Shown here in pieces: positions 1 to 16,739 of a stretch of DNA of 64,000 nt. Source of the DNA: the human T2T-CHM13v2.0 reference genome, Homo sapiens; NCBI RefSeq assembly GCF_009914755.1, contig NC_060929.1; one strand, given 5' to 3'. Position 1 is the first letter of the stretch, and every line of letters starts with the position of its first letter. Below the pieces are notes generated by a model. It searched no databases, was not told the DNA's origin, and was given only the letters and a program-made list of their open reading frames with translations. Position numbers and translations under genes: made by a program.

Positions 1-1
1 T

Positions 2-451
<450 letters not shown>

Positions 452-513
452 TTCAGCTTTCTTATTCTCTCATCCTTCCACTTCTTAAAATCTCATTCTC
501 ATAAAGTCTTTTT

Positions 514-595
514 TATATATATATATATACACACACACACGTATATATATATAAAATGTATACCATATACATACATATTTTATATATATATATAT
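514..595. repeat. (TA)n/(CA)n compound microsatellite
   Basis: Direct reading of alternating TA/CA runs. Confidence 0.85.
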
Positions 596-2366
596 CTCCT
601 ATAAACATTTTCCAATGTTCACATCCAACTCTTACAAAGTTTAAATAATTATTCATGGAGATATACCCAACTACTGACTTTTAATTTACTGCCTGTGCTA
701 TTTACATACATAATTTCCTATGGTTTTAGTCCATATGTATATATAGTAAGAATTGTTAGATGTTAGAAATTCTAGCTTGCTTTCAATATATTTTACATAG
801 TGTCCCTTCGTTATGACATTTTGAGTCATCTTTTTTTTTTACCATTCTAGTCTTTTAAGAGAACAGCTTAAATCTACATAAAAACAGAGAAGATTCCTAA
901 AAATTACATTTAAATGGCAAAAAAAAAATACTTTCAATTCTTCTAAGAATTTCACAGTATTAATGAATAGAGCCATATCAACAGAAAAAAAAAAGTCGAA
1001 CTGGTACTCTTATTCAAAAAAATTTAAATATTAAATTATTTTTATTGGATGATTCAAAGTATCTCTGTCTCACCTGCAGTGTATTTTCTTTCTTTATAAA
1101 GGACAATCTTTACTAAATATTATGTCCTAGAGATTTGTTCCATTACCATAGACACTATTGGCAAAAGAGATAGTGATGTATAAATTTTTAATAAGGGAGG
1201 CAAGGAAAAAGTATTATATGATAGGGTTTTCTTCCCCTGTTAATGTTAGAAAACTAAATTCTTTGAACTCTTTTTTCCAACTCTGGTATGATTTAAGTCT
1301 TCATGTAAAAAGAGAGAAGTTGACAGTGCTAAATGGCAAGAAAAAAACAGTACTTGGTTAAAATGGTTTCTATCACTGTGAATCTCATTTAGATTATCAT
1401 TAACTTACTTTAATCAAATCAATTATTTTCTCATACAAATTCCTTACTATTTCTGAGAATTTGACAAACACCTTTTTTGGTAAGTAGAAATAATGATACA
1501 TTTATAAGAATGCCAGAAAAAAAGCTCAGTCATCCACAATTTACTAAAACCACTGTTAGTAAGTTTATATTTTGAATTTATCAGTAATTTTAGTCTTGCA
1601 AGAAACTTTTAAAATGTTTTATTTTGAACTGTAAAAAATAAAACCATTTTTAAAATCTTAATTTACTTAATAACAAGGAGGAAATTTGGCACTGTATATT
1701 AGATTTGCAAACACTTGTTAGGAAGTTAAATTTCGTTAGCTATCAGGTGTATATAGCCCTGCCAAAAGAAAAACAACAGGACAGCTGTCACAGCTAATTC
1801 TTACCTAGATAGCCTCTGCTACTAACAAGGTATAGTCCAGACAAATTGAGAGATGCATTAGGTACCAGTTTACGGTAAACATTACACAATGAGTATTTCA
1901 TTTGCACACATTTCTACTCTTCCTCTTTATCCCCTCAATAAGCCTAACAACTTTTCAGTCTAAATGTTCATCACCATTACCCTCCCATATTCTACTGTCT
2001 TCCTTCCCCTGTATAATCTATCAGCGGTTTTGTCTCCACAGTGATACTAATACCACTTTATAATGTGGTAAATGTAATGATCCAAAGAACTAAGCCAAAA
2101 AGTTGCCTATTGTCTATTTAAATAAGGTTTACCAAATGCCAATGTTTTATGTTAAATTTTTTTTAATATCCATGATGTCAAGTAACTGAAAAATATTCTG
2201 ATCATGATATAATTAGTGTCTATAATAAAAAAGATGTTCAGTAATACCTGTGAACTGTGTTTATGGATTAATACCTTTAAGAAGTAATTTGCTAATTGTT
2301 TTTTGTATAGACTTGATAAACGGCTATTCACTTTTGGGTTCAGTTAATCAAAAATATGTCAAAATA

Positions 2367-2679
<313 letters not shown>

Positions 2680-2725
2680 AAAATATACTTAAAATTTCTG
2701 CATTATAATAATCTGACTTCCTCAC

Positions 2726-2857
2726 CAGGATTATCTCTCCTAAACCAAGTTGAGCACGTCCCAAAGTCTGCCAAGACTCCCATGAATGTGGATTTTGCTG
2801 GACGGCCATTTCTGCTGCATGTACTGCTGGGAACATTTCATGAAGAGACATTAGCAC
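2726..2857 (-). CDS. TTC33: TTC33 exon 4 (132 nt), VLMSLHEMFPAVHAAEMAVQQNPHSWESWQTLGRAQLGLGEIIL, TPR region
   Basis: ctatag|GTG acceptor, CTG|gtgagg donor; in frame with exon 3; TPR-like W..LG.A...LG pattern. Confidence 0.93.
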
Positions 2858-3344
2858 CTATAGGCAAAAAAAGACCAAAAAATCTGTCAGTAATATTCAT
2901 AAACTAGCAACTACATAAAAAACCCTTTTCATTTTTTAAGATATATTTTTAGTCCAGTAAAAATAGCATTTCGGTGATTTTTACCCCTTACTCTGCCATT
3001 CAGGGTAAGAAATTATAGTTCTCTTTTCACCCCTTATATAACTATGAAAATGTAAACGATTCCCTTTCCAGTTATTGAATCTTATGTCCATCTGGTCAAA
3101 ACCAAGTGGTCATATCCTAACTATGGTGGCTCAGAGGTATTTTGAACTCCCAATTCCACTTCCATTTATTCTATTTACAATGTGGTTTTCAGGGAACCCC
3201 AGGTATTGCCATTAAACTAGGTGAATTAATTTGTTCAACCAGCCATCCCGTCCCTAATGAACATCTTTATGTTATAAAAAGTATTTAAAACATTCCCTAG
3301 GCCTTCTCACTACTGGGCATTTCAAACCATACATACTAGGAAGG

Positions 3345-3386
3345 TAGGGTTAGGGTTAGGGTTAGGGTTAGGGAGAGTTAGGGTTA
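3345..3386 (+). repeat. Short interstitial telomeric (TTAGGG)n tract
   Basis: TAGGG(TTAGGG)4 AGAG TTAGGG TTA. Confidence 0.9.
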
Positions 3387-3894
3387 CCAGAGAGTTCTAG
3401 TACCCTCCACTGTGGTCTGTGGGAAGAGGCTGGATTTTATCTATAATCTTTAGGACCATTAACACTTTAAAAGATTTGTGATACAAACATTATTATCAGG
3501 TTCCAAATTAAACAAGTCTTCATAAAGCTTGCCACAAACCTGTCATTCATATATACATATTTAAGATTGAAAAAGGAATACAAATGAAGGTCCTCATATC
3601 ACTTGATTCAGATGACATAATTTATTTGGGTTTTTCCTGGATAAACTAAAGTCAAAGGTGACAAATGTGTGTCCTATATTTGAGATCACGATTTGAAAAA
3701 TATTTGTTAGGTGTGCAGATTAAGGCTGAATTGCAACAATTCCCTGCCAAAAATATGTTTAATGCTCTGTGTGAGACTTTTAAAATCACTTGGATAACCT
3801 ATTCAAGTGCTCAAAGGTTTTCTTTACAGACTTTCCTACAAAATATTAGAAACATGTTTTTAAAGTACAAATGTTATTTTTAAGCTATTAATAA

Positions 3895-4425
<531 letters not shown>

Positions 4426-4642
4426 TAGGCTAAAATAACAGTTAACTTCATTGTAAAGGCAAATGAATTTCCAGTTTTATGCATAAGACAGAACCATAAA
4501 TAATGGTGAAATATTTTTTCCCAAAGAAACCGTATTTGTAAAAGAAAATGGGAGAAAATGCTATTTTGCTTCATCATTGCTCACTCACCGAACAAACATA
4601 GCACAATTTCATAAGGAAAGTGAAATTCTTCATAATTATTAC

Positions 4643-4724
4643 CTGTGATTTCATCTCGTATAGGGTAGCATCATTTGGAGTTAACTGTAGTGCTTCATCC
4701 CACTTCTGAATTGCCTCCCGATAT
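4643..4724 (-). CDS. TTC33: TTC33 exon 3 (82 nt), (R)YREAIQKWDEALQLTPNDATLYEMKSQ, TPR motif
   Basis: ccacag|A acceptor, CAG|gtaata donor; completes the split AG/A codon of exon 2; Y.EA......AL.L.P TPR pattern. Confidence 0.93.
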
Positions 4725-4779
4725 CTGTGGTTGTTAAAGTTATATCAATGCCATATTTTCAATATGCTTTTTTGGACTT

Positions 4780-5020
4780 TCAAAAAAAAATTTTTATTGT
4801 AGTAAAATATAAAATTTACCATCTTAACCATTTAAGTGTACAGTTCAGAGGCATTAAGTAGCATTAAGTACATATAGTTCATTCACCTTTGTGTGCAACC
4901 ACCACCACCATTCATCTCCAGAACTTTTTCATCTTCCCAAACTGAAACTCCATACCCATTAAACAATAACTCCTCATTGCCCCCTCCTCCACCCCCGGGC
5001 AAACACCATTCTACTCTTAG
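4780..5020 (-). mobile_element. Old L1 (L1M) 3' fragment
   Basis: CATCTCCAGAACTTTTTCATCTTCCCAAACTGAAACTC...CCCATTAAACAATAACTCC resembles the L1MB 3'UTR. Confidence 0.65.
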
Positions 5021-5761
5021 ACTGCTTTCAGGAGGAGCAGTCATGTACTTTCAGTTCAACAGTTTTTTGGACTACTTTCTAGTCCATGAAATATATGTAA
5101 AAATCCAAAATAAAGGATTAGCAAATTAAGTCCAGCAACTTACTAAAGTACAAAATCCACATGATCATGTAGTGTATGCTCAGAAAAACTTAGAAATGGG
5201 TTCATATGTAACAGATAAGGGAGAAAAAAGTACATGCCACTAAACAATACTTAGTATAATTTAACACCCATTTCTGATTATTTATAATAATAATAAAAGT
5301 ATATACAACATTAAATAAATTTAGTACTGTGGTGCCATCATCTACTAAGCTTTAATGATATAACCTCTAAAAGCAGTAACTATATCACCTAAAAAGAAAG
5401 TACTTGCACTTCTTTAGGCATATTGTGGGTGATTTCAAGCCTCTCTAAACAATATTTCCAAATGTTATTGTAGATGTGACAGGAAAAACTTTGGAAATTA
5501 ATTTATTGATGTATTCCTTCATAACAATCCTTCCACTCACAATTTTCTAACAAAGGTAGCAGTAATAAATTCTGCAAGACTTAATAGTAGCAAATGTCTT
5601 TCCTCCAGCATTAGAAGGAAAAGGTTGGACTGTTTGTCCAATCTTTTTTCTACCACTCCCTACACATACCTGTGCTCCACTCAGCAGGGTTTTTATAGTC
5701 CCTACCCACATATCATGCCTTTGTTAGTATGGATCCCCTGCTACACATACACACACACATC

Positions 5762-6124
5762 TGTATTAGTTCACTCTCACGCTGCAATAAAGAACTGCCC
5801 AAGACTAGGAAATTTATAAAGGAAAGAGGTTTAATTGACTCAGTACCACAGGGCTGGGGAGGCCTCAGGAAACTTACAAGGATGGCAGAAGGGGAAGCAA
5901 ACACATCCTTCTTCACATGGAGGCACGAGAGAGAAATGAGCGCTGAGCAAACAGGGAAGCCCCTTATAAATCCATAAGATCTCGTGAGAACTCAGTGTCA
6001 TGAGACCAGCATGGCAGAAACTGCCGCCATAATTCAATTATCTCCACCTGGTCCCATCCTTGACACGGGGATTATTACAATTCAAGGTGAGATTTGGGTG
6101 GGGACACAGAGCCAAACCATATCA
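5762..6124 (-). mobile_element. THE1-type MaLR solo LTR
   Basis: TGTATTAG...GGAAAGAGGTTTAATTGACTCA...GAGATTTGGGTGGGGACACAGAGCCAAACCATATCA. Confidence 0.85.
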
Positions 6125-6414
6125 CATATCTAAGATTGCCTTCCTACTCCTCTTCATCTATTCAAAGGCTCCTCCTCTAAGACCAAGTTAAAATGCTCCG
6201 TTCTTCATGAAGACCTCCTCCAGTGGCTCTAGCCCACTAACTATGAGTACCACTTCAGACCACATAGCAACACTTATATTTCCAAAGCATTTTATGTTTT
6301 ACAAAGCACTTTCAATACAATTATTTAACATACAATTATTTTCCCAAAAAGTTAATTCACTTACTACTCAAAGTAAGTGAATATAAATTTGGTGTTATTT
6401 GCTTTTTTAAAAAT

Positions 6415-6695
<281 letters not shown>

Positions 6696-6904
6696 TCAAG
6701 TTTGGCATTACTTGTTCTCACTTTATTGATGAGGAACCAATGGTTGAGAGCAGCTAAAGGACTGTCCAAGTCCTGCAAAAGACAGGATTTAAAGCTAGCT
6801 CTTAAAAATACAAGACCAATACTTTCTGTAACTATATCAAGTATGCCTCCCATTTAGTTCTGCTCTAATTCCTCCTTGTATTTTTGTCTTCTCTTCTCTA
6901 ATGA

Positions 6905-7335
<431 letters not shown>

Positions 7336-7667
7336 TGAAGGCAGCAGAGAGCAGCATATAAAGCAAGAAAAGAGGGGACAGATGTAGCATGCTCTTAACA
7401 CACAGGAAAAAAAAATGGTAATAAAAACAAATTCTATCCTAAGACAAAAGTGGTAAAAATGTAAATTCTTACTTTGTTCCGTTCATTATTTCATATATAG
7501 AAATTATAAGAAATCCCAAGACTAGGGGAATGTGAATATAGGTAGAAAAAAACAAAAACATGAGAATTCTACGTTTAGCAGAGGGACCTTAAGAACCTGG
7601 ATGTTTGAGGTTTCAGGAGTCTTTGACAGCTTTTGAGGAAGGGGCTGAAGGTCTTTGGTCTCTAGAG

Positions 7668-7868
7668 CAAGGGGTGGCATAGTAAAGGTCCATATAGTAA
7701 ACATTTTAGGTTTTGTGAACCATACAGTCTATCACAACTATTCAACTCTATTACTGTATCCCAAAATAAGCCATAAACAATGCATTCAAAAAATGGGCAT
7801 TGCTGTGTCCCAGTAAAACTTTATTTATAAAAACAGGTTGTTTTTATAAATAAAGTTTGCCAACCCTA
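7668..7868 (+). mobile_element. MER58-like hAT-Charlie MITE
   Basis: ATAGTAAACATTTTAGGTTTTG...CACAACTATTCAACTCT...AAACTTTATTT...AGTTTGCCAACCC. Confidence 0.7.
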
Positions 7869-8692
7869 GATCTACTTGGCCCAACCACTGTTAAAAGCTT
7901 ATCATATTTGTCAAATTTACTTTTTACTTCCAGTCCTATTTTCTGCCCAACTCAACCAGAGGAAGTTATCGCCCCATAGAAGGCATTTGTGGTCATCACT
8001 GTGACTTGGAGGAACTAGTGGCAGAGGGTCAGGGATGTTAACATTCTTCAAGGCAAAGAGCAAGCCTGCACAATAAAGAGCTGTCTTGCTGAAAATACCA
8101 CTAGCACTACTGCTGAGAACAGGATGGCTTATCCCGTCCCCAACCCCACAAAGCTGCTTATGTTCCTAAGCTTAAGTTGTCCCAAGTACGAAATAAACTA
8201 AGAGGTTCAAGGTGACAATGACCATCACTAGTTTTTTCTTTTTATTAGGCAGGTATGCATGTGTGCATATACATACAAACAGACATACACACACACACGT
8301 GTAAACACAGGCTTACAGATTTGAGAAAAAAGAAAAATGTCCTCTCTTCTCAACTGCACTGTCTTTTATTTTGAAAGCATAACCATTGCTGCCAGCAGAG
8401 GCATCCCTCAATGAAATGTGCTTTGTTGCCAACGAGGCCTATAAAGGTTTAAAGGAACAAGTGAGCTGTTTTCCATGCTAAACAAAGCAAGAAATGGTGG
8501 GTATTTACTTCACTATCATCAACTTATTCAATTCTTCCCCCTTCTCATTTCTCTTTGGTTTACTTCTGTTGGCCTGCAAACAAAGGGTGGCACCACTTAG
8601 TTCCTCCATTTTTAGATCACAGGAAACTTGGCACTGAACAAATCAATAGTCTCTCATAATTTCTGCAGCATATCTCTTAATTCAACTTCAGT

Positions 8693-8728
8693 TGAACAGA
8701 CTGAACAGACTGAACAGACTGAACAGAC
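8693..8728 (+). repeat. (TGAACAGAC)x4 9-bp tandem repeat
   Basis: Four exact copies. Confidence 0.9.
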
Positions 8729-9084
8729 ACAGCCCTACTGCAGCTGTTGGATAGGAAGCATTAAAAGATAAAAACTTGGTTTAAAGTCACTGTGGTTAAT
8801 AAATGACCAAAGTCTGATTCCGCCAGTTTAAGGACAATCTTAACAGTATGCAACTGAAGTAGCACAAGGAAGGAAGCAAAGGGAATAGTTCCATGGACTA
8901 CAACAGGGCAGGATGAGATAATGCCCTATACTGAGGTAAAGAACAGCTGGTGATCAAGCTAAATAAGTTAGATAGCACACTCATTTACCAAATAGAAATG
9001 TCAATGTGTTTAGCTACTTTACTCCCAATTAGACTTCTAATTTACTGTGGCTTTAAATTTAATGAGCTATATAGTTAACAGCTT

Positions 9085-9800
9085 ATTCACTTTATAAATA
9101 TTTACTGGGCACCTACCCTGGGACAGGTAGAATTCTAGTAATAAGTACTAAGGATGCAGCACCCAACAAGATATAAAAGGTCCCTACTATTCTTCCAGAT
9201 CTTACTTTCTAAAGTGTATGCATGTTAGAAGGGGACAGGGAAAGAAAGATAACAAACAGTTAAAATATAAGTGCCGTGATAAAAGACAAATGGAGGAATG
9301 TGATAGGGAGTGACCAAGTGGCTATTCGGAATGGGCGGTCAAGAAAGGTCTTCCTAGGAACGCATTCAAGCTGAGACCTGAGTGACAAAACGTGGTCAGA
9401 CAACTGAAAATCTGGAGAAGGTCCATTCCAGGCAAAGGGAAGAACCTGGGGCAGGACCAAACCATGTTTTGTGGAAAGGAAATAAAACCAGAGGAAAGGA
9501 AGTCAGAGGTCAGGGAGGTGGGCCGAAGCCATGATCACAGAGAATACAATAAGCCATAGTTATGCATGTGGATTTAATTGTATGTGTGATGAAGAATCCA
9601 CAGAGTTTTTATACAACAGTGAGACATGAATTATTGATTTACATTTTTAAAAGATCAGTCAGACCCAGAAGAATAGACAGTAAGGGTACAAAAATGTACA
9701 CAGGAAGGCTAGATATGAGACAACCAAAGTAATTTAGGTATGAGATAACCCTAGATAAGGATAGAAGTGAAAACAGAAAGAGGAAAAAAGATTTACAACA
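9085..9800 (-). mobile_element. L2 LINE fragment
   Basis: TATTCAC...AATATTTACTGGGCACCTAC (L2 3' end) followed by purine-rich L2 body. Confidence 0.6.
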
Positions 9801-11084
9801 CACTGAAAATGTACAGTTGGCTCAACTTGGACTTGGTATGAGTGAAAAAAAGAAAGAAATCCAGGATAATTTGGGTTACCTGGAAAACAGAGCCTGAGGC
9901 CAAAGCTTACTGGCTAAATCTTTATTGAGTGGATAGGATCCCACGCAATCAAGAGTGAGGGAAAAACAGAAGTAAGCCATGAAGAAAGAAGAATAAATAC
10001 AAGGTCTATGTTAAGCTGGCAACAGCTCCACAAACACAGATGATTGTTGATCTGGAGAGCAAAAGGAAAGGAGCAAGCAAAGATTAAAAAGGAGAGGACA
10101 TGGAGACAAGGACAAGCATGATAGCATGGTGGTGTGGAAGATGAGAGAGCAGTGTATTTAGGAAGACTGTGGTCACCTGTGCTGAATGATGAGAAGCACA
10201 ATAAATGACAACAGAGAAGTGATGACTGGATTTGACAACATGGAGGTCACTGATAACCTTTACAAAAGCAGTTTCAGTGGATTCATGGGGACAGAAATAT
10301 GACTGGATGGTTCATCAAGAAATGGAGTTTGTAGTGCAGTGGGAGCAGAGAAATGGCAGAGCATTTGGAGAGAAGCTTTTTAAATGGATGTTATCAGGGT
10401 ATGTTTGCATGCCAGCAAGAAGGACCGAGAGAAAAGAAGAAACAGATTATATAAAAATGAGAGGACAATTTCAGAACAACGTTCCTGAGAAGGCACAAGG
10501 GGATGGGGTCTAGAGTACAAGTGGAGTGGTGGGCCTTTGATAATTACAATGGAATGATGACAGATCATATAGGCACAAATACAGTAAGGTTGGAAGATGT
10601 GCTGGTGAGAAAATAAAGTCATTCTACACTGACTGTATCTATGTTTTTCCACAGAGCATGAGGCAAAACCACTGTCATTAAATATACTGATGTGAGTAAT
10701 CTGCAGAATGTGGGTCACACAGCAAGATCACCCTCAAATTTACATTAGTAGGTATACTTTCCTAGACAAGAACAAAATGCATGGTAAATTCTAATTTATA
10801 TTCCTGCTTCATACACATACAACTGATTCTAACAGAAAAATCAGACCAGTTAGCTAGACAGTCAAATATCACCATCTAGTGGCTGAAACTTTAAAAGCCA
10901 AGATGTCAAAGTTGGGACTAACACCGTGACTCTTGAGAAGGTATAACCTAGTTTGTAATAATTCTAGAAAAAGCCACTTGAACAAAATAATTTACAAAAA
11001 TATATATTACTACTACAGGAAATATACCAAGAACATATAAAATCCTAAAATATTATATCTAAAGTACATTCACTTGGTGCTTAT

Positions 11085-11290
11085 TAGGTGCTAGGTAGCA
11101 TGCTTTTACATGGACTTTGCTCTTTAATCCTCCAAAATTCTATAAGATATGTATCACCATTTGACCTATGAGGTAGAAATTGACAAAAAATAACTACCCA
11201 AAGTTTATGCAGATAGAAATGATAAAGTTGGGATTTGAATGGAGGTAATCTGACTTCAAAATCTACACTCTTAACCACTATACTCACTAT
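11085..11290 (-). mobile_element. MIR SINE
   Basis: GGATTTGAAT...TCTGACTTCAAA...CTCTTAACCACTATAC MIR core. Confidence 0.6.
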
Positions 11291-11407
11291 ACCATCTCTA
11301 TTAAGCACCAAAATTTCTTGGGGGTTGGGTAGAAGAGTAAACCAGATTTTTGTTAAAAAGAATCATGAATACTCTAAGGTAAGACTTCTGAATTTAAAAG
11401 CCACTCA

Positions 11408-11708
<301 letters not shown>

Positions 11709-12469
11709 GACTGGGGACTTCTGCTACTATCCTACAGGTGATGCACAAGAGTTACTAAAGAAGGCTGACAGAGTGATAAAATAACCAAGACCCGAAAATA
11801 CATAATATCCAGATTCAAAATTTTACTGAAATCTAAATTATCTGTCAATTAACTTGCAATATAACAGCAAATTCAGAACACAAAGACATCATGAACACAT
11901 ATAAAGATATATGAAACGAATATAGAATTATTTTACATTTGACAAGCACTCAAAACTTTGTTTTTTTAATCAAATTTACTGGTGTGTGATTTATATATCA
12001 AAAAACGTACCCACTTGAAGCATACTTTCTGATGAGTTTTGAGAAATGTATATACTCATGTAAATACAACCACAACCATCACAATAAAGAACATTTTTGT
12101 CAATCCAAAAAGTTTTCTGTGCCCCTTTCTCGGGAAATCTACCCCAACTGCTGACCCCAGACAACTACTGATTTTTTCTGTCACTATGGATTAATTTGTC
12201 TTTAGACAGATTTATAAAATTGGAATCAGACGGTATGTACTCTTCCTGACTTCTTTCCCTTAGCATGTTTCTGAGATGTCAATCATTTCTTTTTACTGCT
12301 CAAGAGAATACTATTGTATGGATATACCACAATTTATTCATTCATTCACCTGCTGATGAACATTTAGGTTGTCCCAGTTCATGGACACTATTAATAAAGC
12401 TGCTAGAGACATTGTTGGAACAGTCTTTGTGTGGATATAATGTTTTCATTTCTTCTGAATTAGTATCTA

Positions 12470-13045
<576 letters not shown>

Positions 13046-13788
13046 CTATTTTACATTTTCATGAGCAATGTATAAAAGTTTAACTTGCTCCATATCTTTG
13101 CCAACACTTGATACTGTCAATCTTTTCAATGTTAGCATTCTAGTAACTAGGTAATAGTATCTCATTGTGGTTTTAATTTGAAATTTCTTGATGACTAATA
13201 GTGTTGAGCAGCTTTTTTTATGCTTCTTGGTCATTCATATATTTTCTTTTGTGAAGCATCTGCTCCAACTTTTTACCCATTCTTTACATGAATAGCTTGT
13301 CTTCTTCCTACTGAGTTGTAAGAGTTCTTCTATACTCTGGAAACAAGTCCTACGTCAGATATATGGACTGGAAATATTTTCTCCCAGCCTGTGGCCTGAC
13401 TTTTCATGTTCTCAATTAAGCCTTTTAAAAACCAGAAGTTTTCATTTGTATCAACTGACCACATACATGTGGGTCATTTCTGTATCATATATTATTTTCA
13501 TTGATCCATGTATGTCTATCTTTACACTAGTACTATGAAGGTATAACATTCAAAAACATAGTTAAGGACTTAAATTAAGTAATATAAGTTCCCTAAGTAT
13601 GTTTTATTTCATAAAATTCTTTTGGCTAGTCTAGATTCTTTGCATTTCCACATAAACTTTAGAATAAGCTTGTCAATTATCTCAAACGCAAGCTTGCTGG
13701 GATTTCGATTGGAATTGCACTGAGTTTACAGATCAATTTCGGGAGAACTGATGTATTAACAAAATACTATCTTCCAATCTATGAGCAT

Positions 13789-14195
13789 TGATATGGTTTG
13801 GATCTGTATCCCCACCCAAATCTCATGTCAAATTGTAATCCCCAGTGTTAAAGGTGGGGTCTGGTGGGAGGTGATTGGATCATGGGGGCAGGTTTCCCTC
13901 TTGGTACTGTTCTCGTGATAGTGAGTTCTTGCAAGATCTGGTTGCATAAAAGTGTGTAGCACTCCCACTCCCCACACTCTCTCTTCCTCCTGCTCCAGCC
14001 ATGTGAAGTGCTGGCTCCTACCTTTGCCTTCTGCTATGATTATAGCTTTCCTGAGGGCTCCCCAGAAGCTGAGCAGATGCCAACATTATGCTTCCTATGC
14101 AGCCCACAGAACCGTGAGCCAATTAAACCTGTTTTTTTCATAAATTATCCAGTCTCAGGTAGTTGTTTATAGCAGTGTGAGGACAAACTAATACA
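13789..14195 (+). mobile_element. MSTA-type MaLR solo LTR
   Basis: TGATATGGTTTGGATCTGT...CCCAAATCTCATGTC...ACTAATACA; AGCAT/AGTAT 5-bp TSD. Confidence 0.85.
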
Positions 14196-14879
14196 AGTAT
14201 AGTGTATATTTATTGATTTATTTAGGTCTTTTAACATTTCAGCAGCATTTTGTAGTTTTCATATAGTTTTTATACATGTTTTGCTGAATTTTTTTCCTAA
14301 CAATTTTAGATTTGGGAATAATACTACAAATGGTGCTTTTTTTAAAAAATAAAGTATTCAGCTTCTAATTGTTTTATTTTACATCCATTATTGGCTTATA
14401 AGCCTTTTATTATTTTTTAATGGTTTCTCTAGGGTCTAGGTTTGAATACAACATAACAGCCTAATAGCAATATAATTCCATTTATCCCTTCATGCTATCT
14501 ATTACAATTGTTATATATTTACTTCTATATAACTTTGCAAAATGTTGCTGTTGTTATTTAATGTCAATTATCTTTTTAAAGAATTTAAATTTTTTGTTTA
14601 AATCAGTCTTCATACTTACCCATGTTTACCACTTCCAGAACCCTTTCATTCTTTACTTAGACACAAATTTCTATCTAGTATGATTTTCCTTCTATGTAAA
14701 GAATTTCTTTTAATATTTCTTGAAGTCCAGGCCTACTGGTAATGGGTTATCTCAGCTTTTGTTTGTCCAATAAAGTTATTTTGCCTTCATTTCTGAAAGA
14801 TATTTTTATAATACAAAGAATTCTAAGTTGGCAGTTTTACTTTCCTTCAAAACTAAATGATGTCATTCCATTATCTTGC

Positions 14880-15278
14880 ATAGACCTCCAGCTGACCTCA
14901 GCTTCTACACTCCGAAATCCATGGCCACATATGCAGCAAGGATAAATATCTCATGGCTTTTCTCCACATTAACTGGAAGTAGCAGAAATAAGAAGACCAG
15001 CTCATTCCCGAGGGGCATGGGACTCCAATGAGGGACAACTCTGACTTGACGACTATCCAAGGTATTGTCCAACTTTCTTTAGATAATATGACAGCCTAAG
15101 ACATTTCCATCCAACCTTCCCTCCCTCTCCCCTTCACTGGGGGTTAGACAAGCATAGCTCTCCCAGATTTACTCAGTTCCCACCCCATGTCCTCTCATAC
15201 AGTGATTCCCCTAATGAAATCTTTGCATGTTTAAGCCGGTCTTAGCATATGCTTCTAGAAGGACCCAGACTAGCATAA
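14880..15278 (+). mobile_element. LTR16-like ERVL LTR
   Basis: 3' end TTGCATGTTTAAGCCGGTCTTAGCATATGCTTCTAGAAGGACCCAGACTAGCA resembles LTR16. Confidence 0.55.
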
Positions 15279-16106
15279 CTGTTCAGTATATTTTTTATTT
15301 CAGATATCGTATTTTTCATTTCTAGATGTTCCTTTTTTTAATATATCTTCCATTTCACTCCTCATTATGTTTGTTTCCCTTTAATTATCTGAATATAGTT
15401 GTATTACCATTTTAATCTCTTTGTCCACTACTTCCATCATCTATGTTATTTCTGAATGTTTCTATTGACTGATTTGTCTCCTATTTATGGGTCACAGTTT
15501 CCAACTCTTTGGCATGTCCAGTAATTTTTGATTAGATGCTGAATATTTTAAATGTTACACTGTTGACTAAAAATGTTAGGCTCTATTCTGGCAGGCAGTA
15601 AAGTTTGAAAGTATCAGTTTGAACCCTTCAAAAACTATTTTTAAAGGTTTTCTAGGGAAGGTCTGAAGTAGCCTTCCCTCTAGGGATAGTGTAGTCATTC
15701 TACTAAGAAATAACCCCCTGTGACTCCAGTAAATATTTCTGGTGACCATCAAAGACACTCCATTCTGAATGGCTGAAGCTTGAATAGCTCTCCGCTCTGT
15801 ATGAATGCTACGAATGGTTCAGCTTACAACTTCTCAGTCATTTTCCCTGGATTTACAGAAATTCCCCAATAGTTGCATGGCCTAATGTTCAACAAAGACT
15901 CAAAGGGACCTCATAGACTTCTGGAGCTTTTTCTCTGAGTAGCTTCCTCTTCTCTGGTACTCTACTCTGCAACTTCTAGCTGTGTCAGCCTCTCCAAAGT
16001 CCAATCTCCATCTCCTCACGCAGCAAGACCACTGTGGTCTATCTGGTTTCCTCTTCTGTGTGCCCATTCCCTGGAGACTACCTTCAGGTAGAAATTAAGG
16101 GAGCTC

Positions 16107-16410
<304 letters not shown>

Positions 16411-16739
16411 TTAAGGAAGCTTATAGGGATCATCTTGTTTTTGCCCCTTCTCTCAAAGATAAGAGTCCTATGCTGACTACTGTCCAATGGTTGAAAACAG
16501 TTTTTTTTTTATATCTTTTGTCCAATTTTCTAGTTGTTTGGGGCCATCCAGGTCTAGTTCTAGAAACTCTCTCATGGCTGTCAGTAGAAATCCATGCCTA
16601 CTTTTTAAAGTATTTTTGTATCCGTTATTGGATTTCAGCCTTATAAGAACCCCATGAGGCAATTGCAAGTGAAGAAATATATAGCCAATCAAGGACACAG
16701 AATAATTAGGACTACTATAATAGTAATAATAATAATAAC

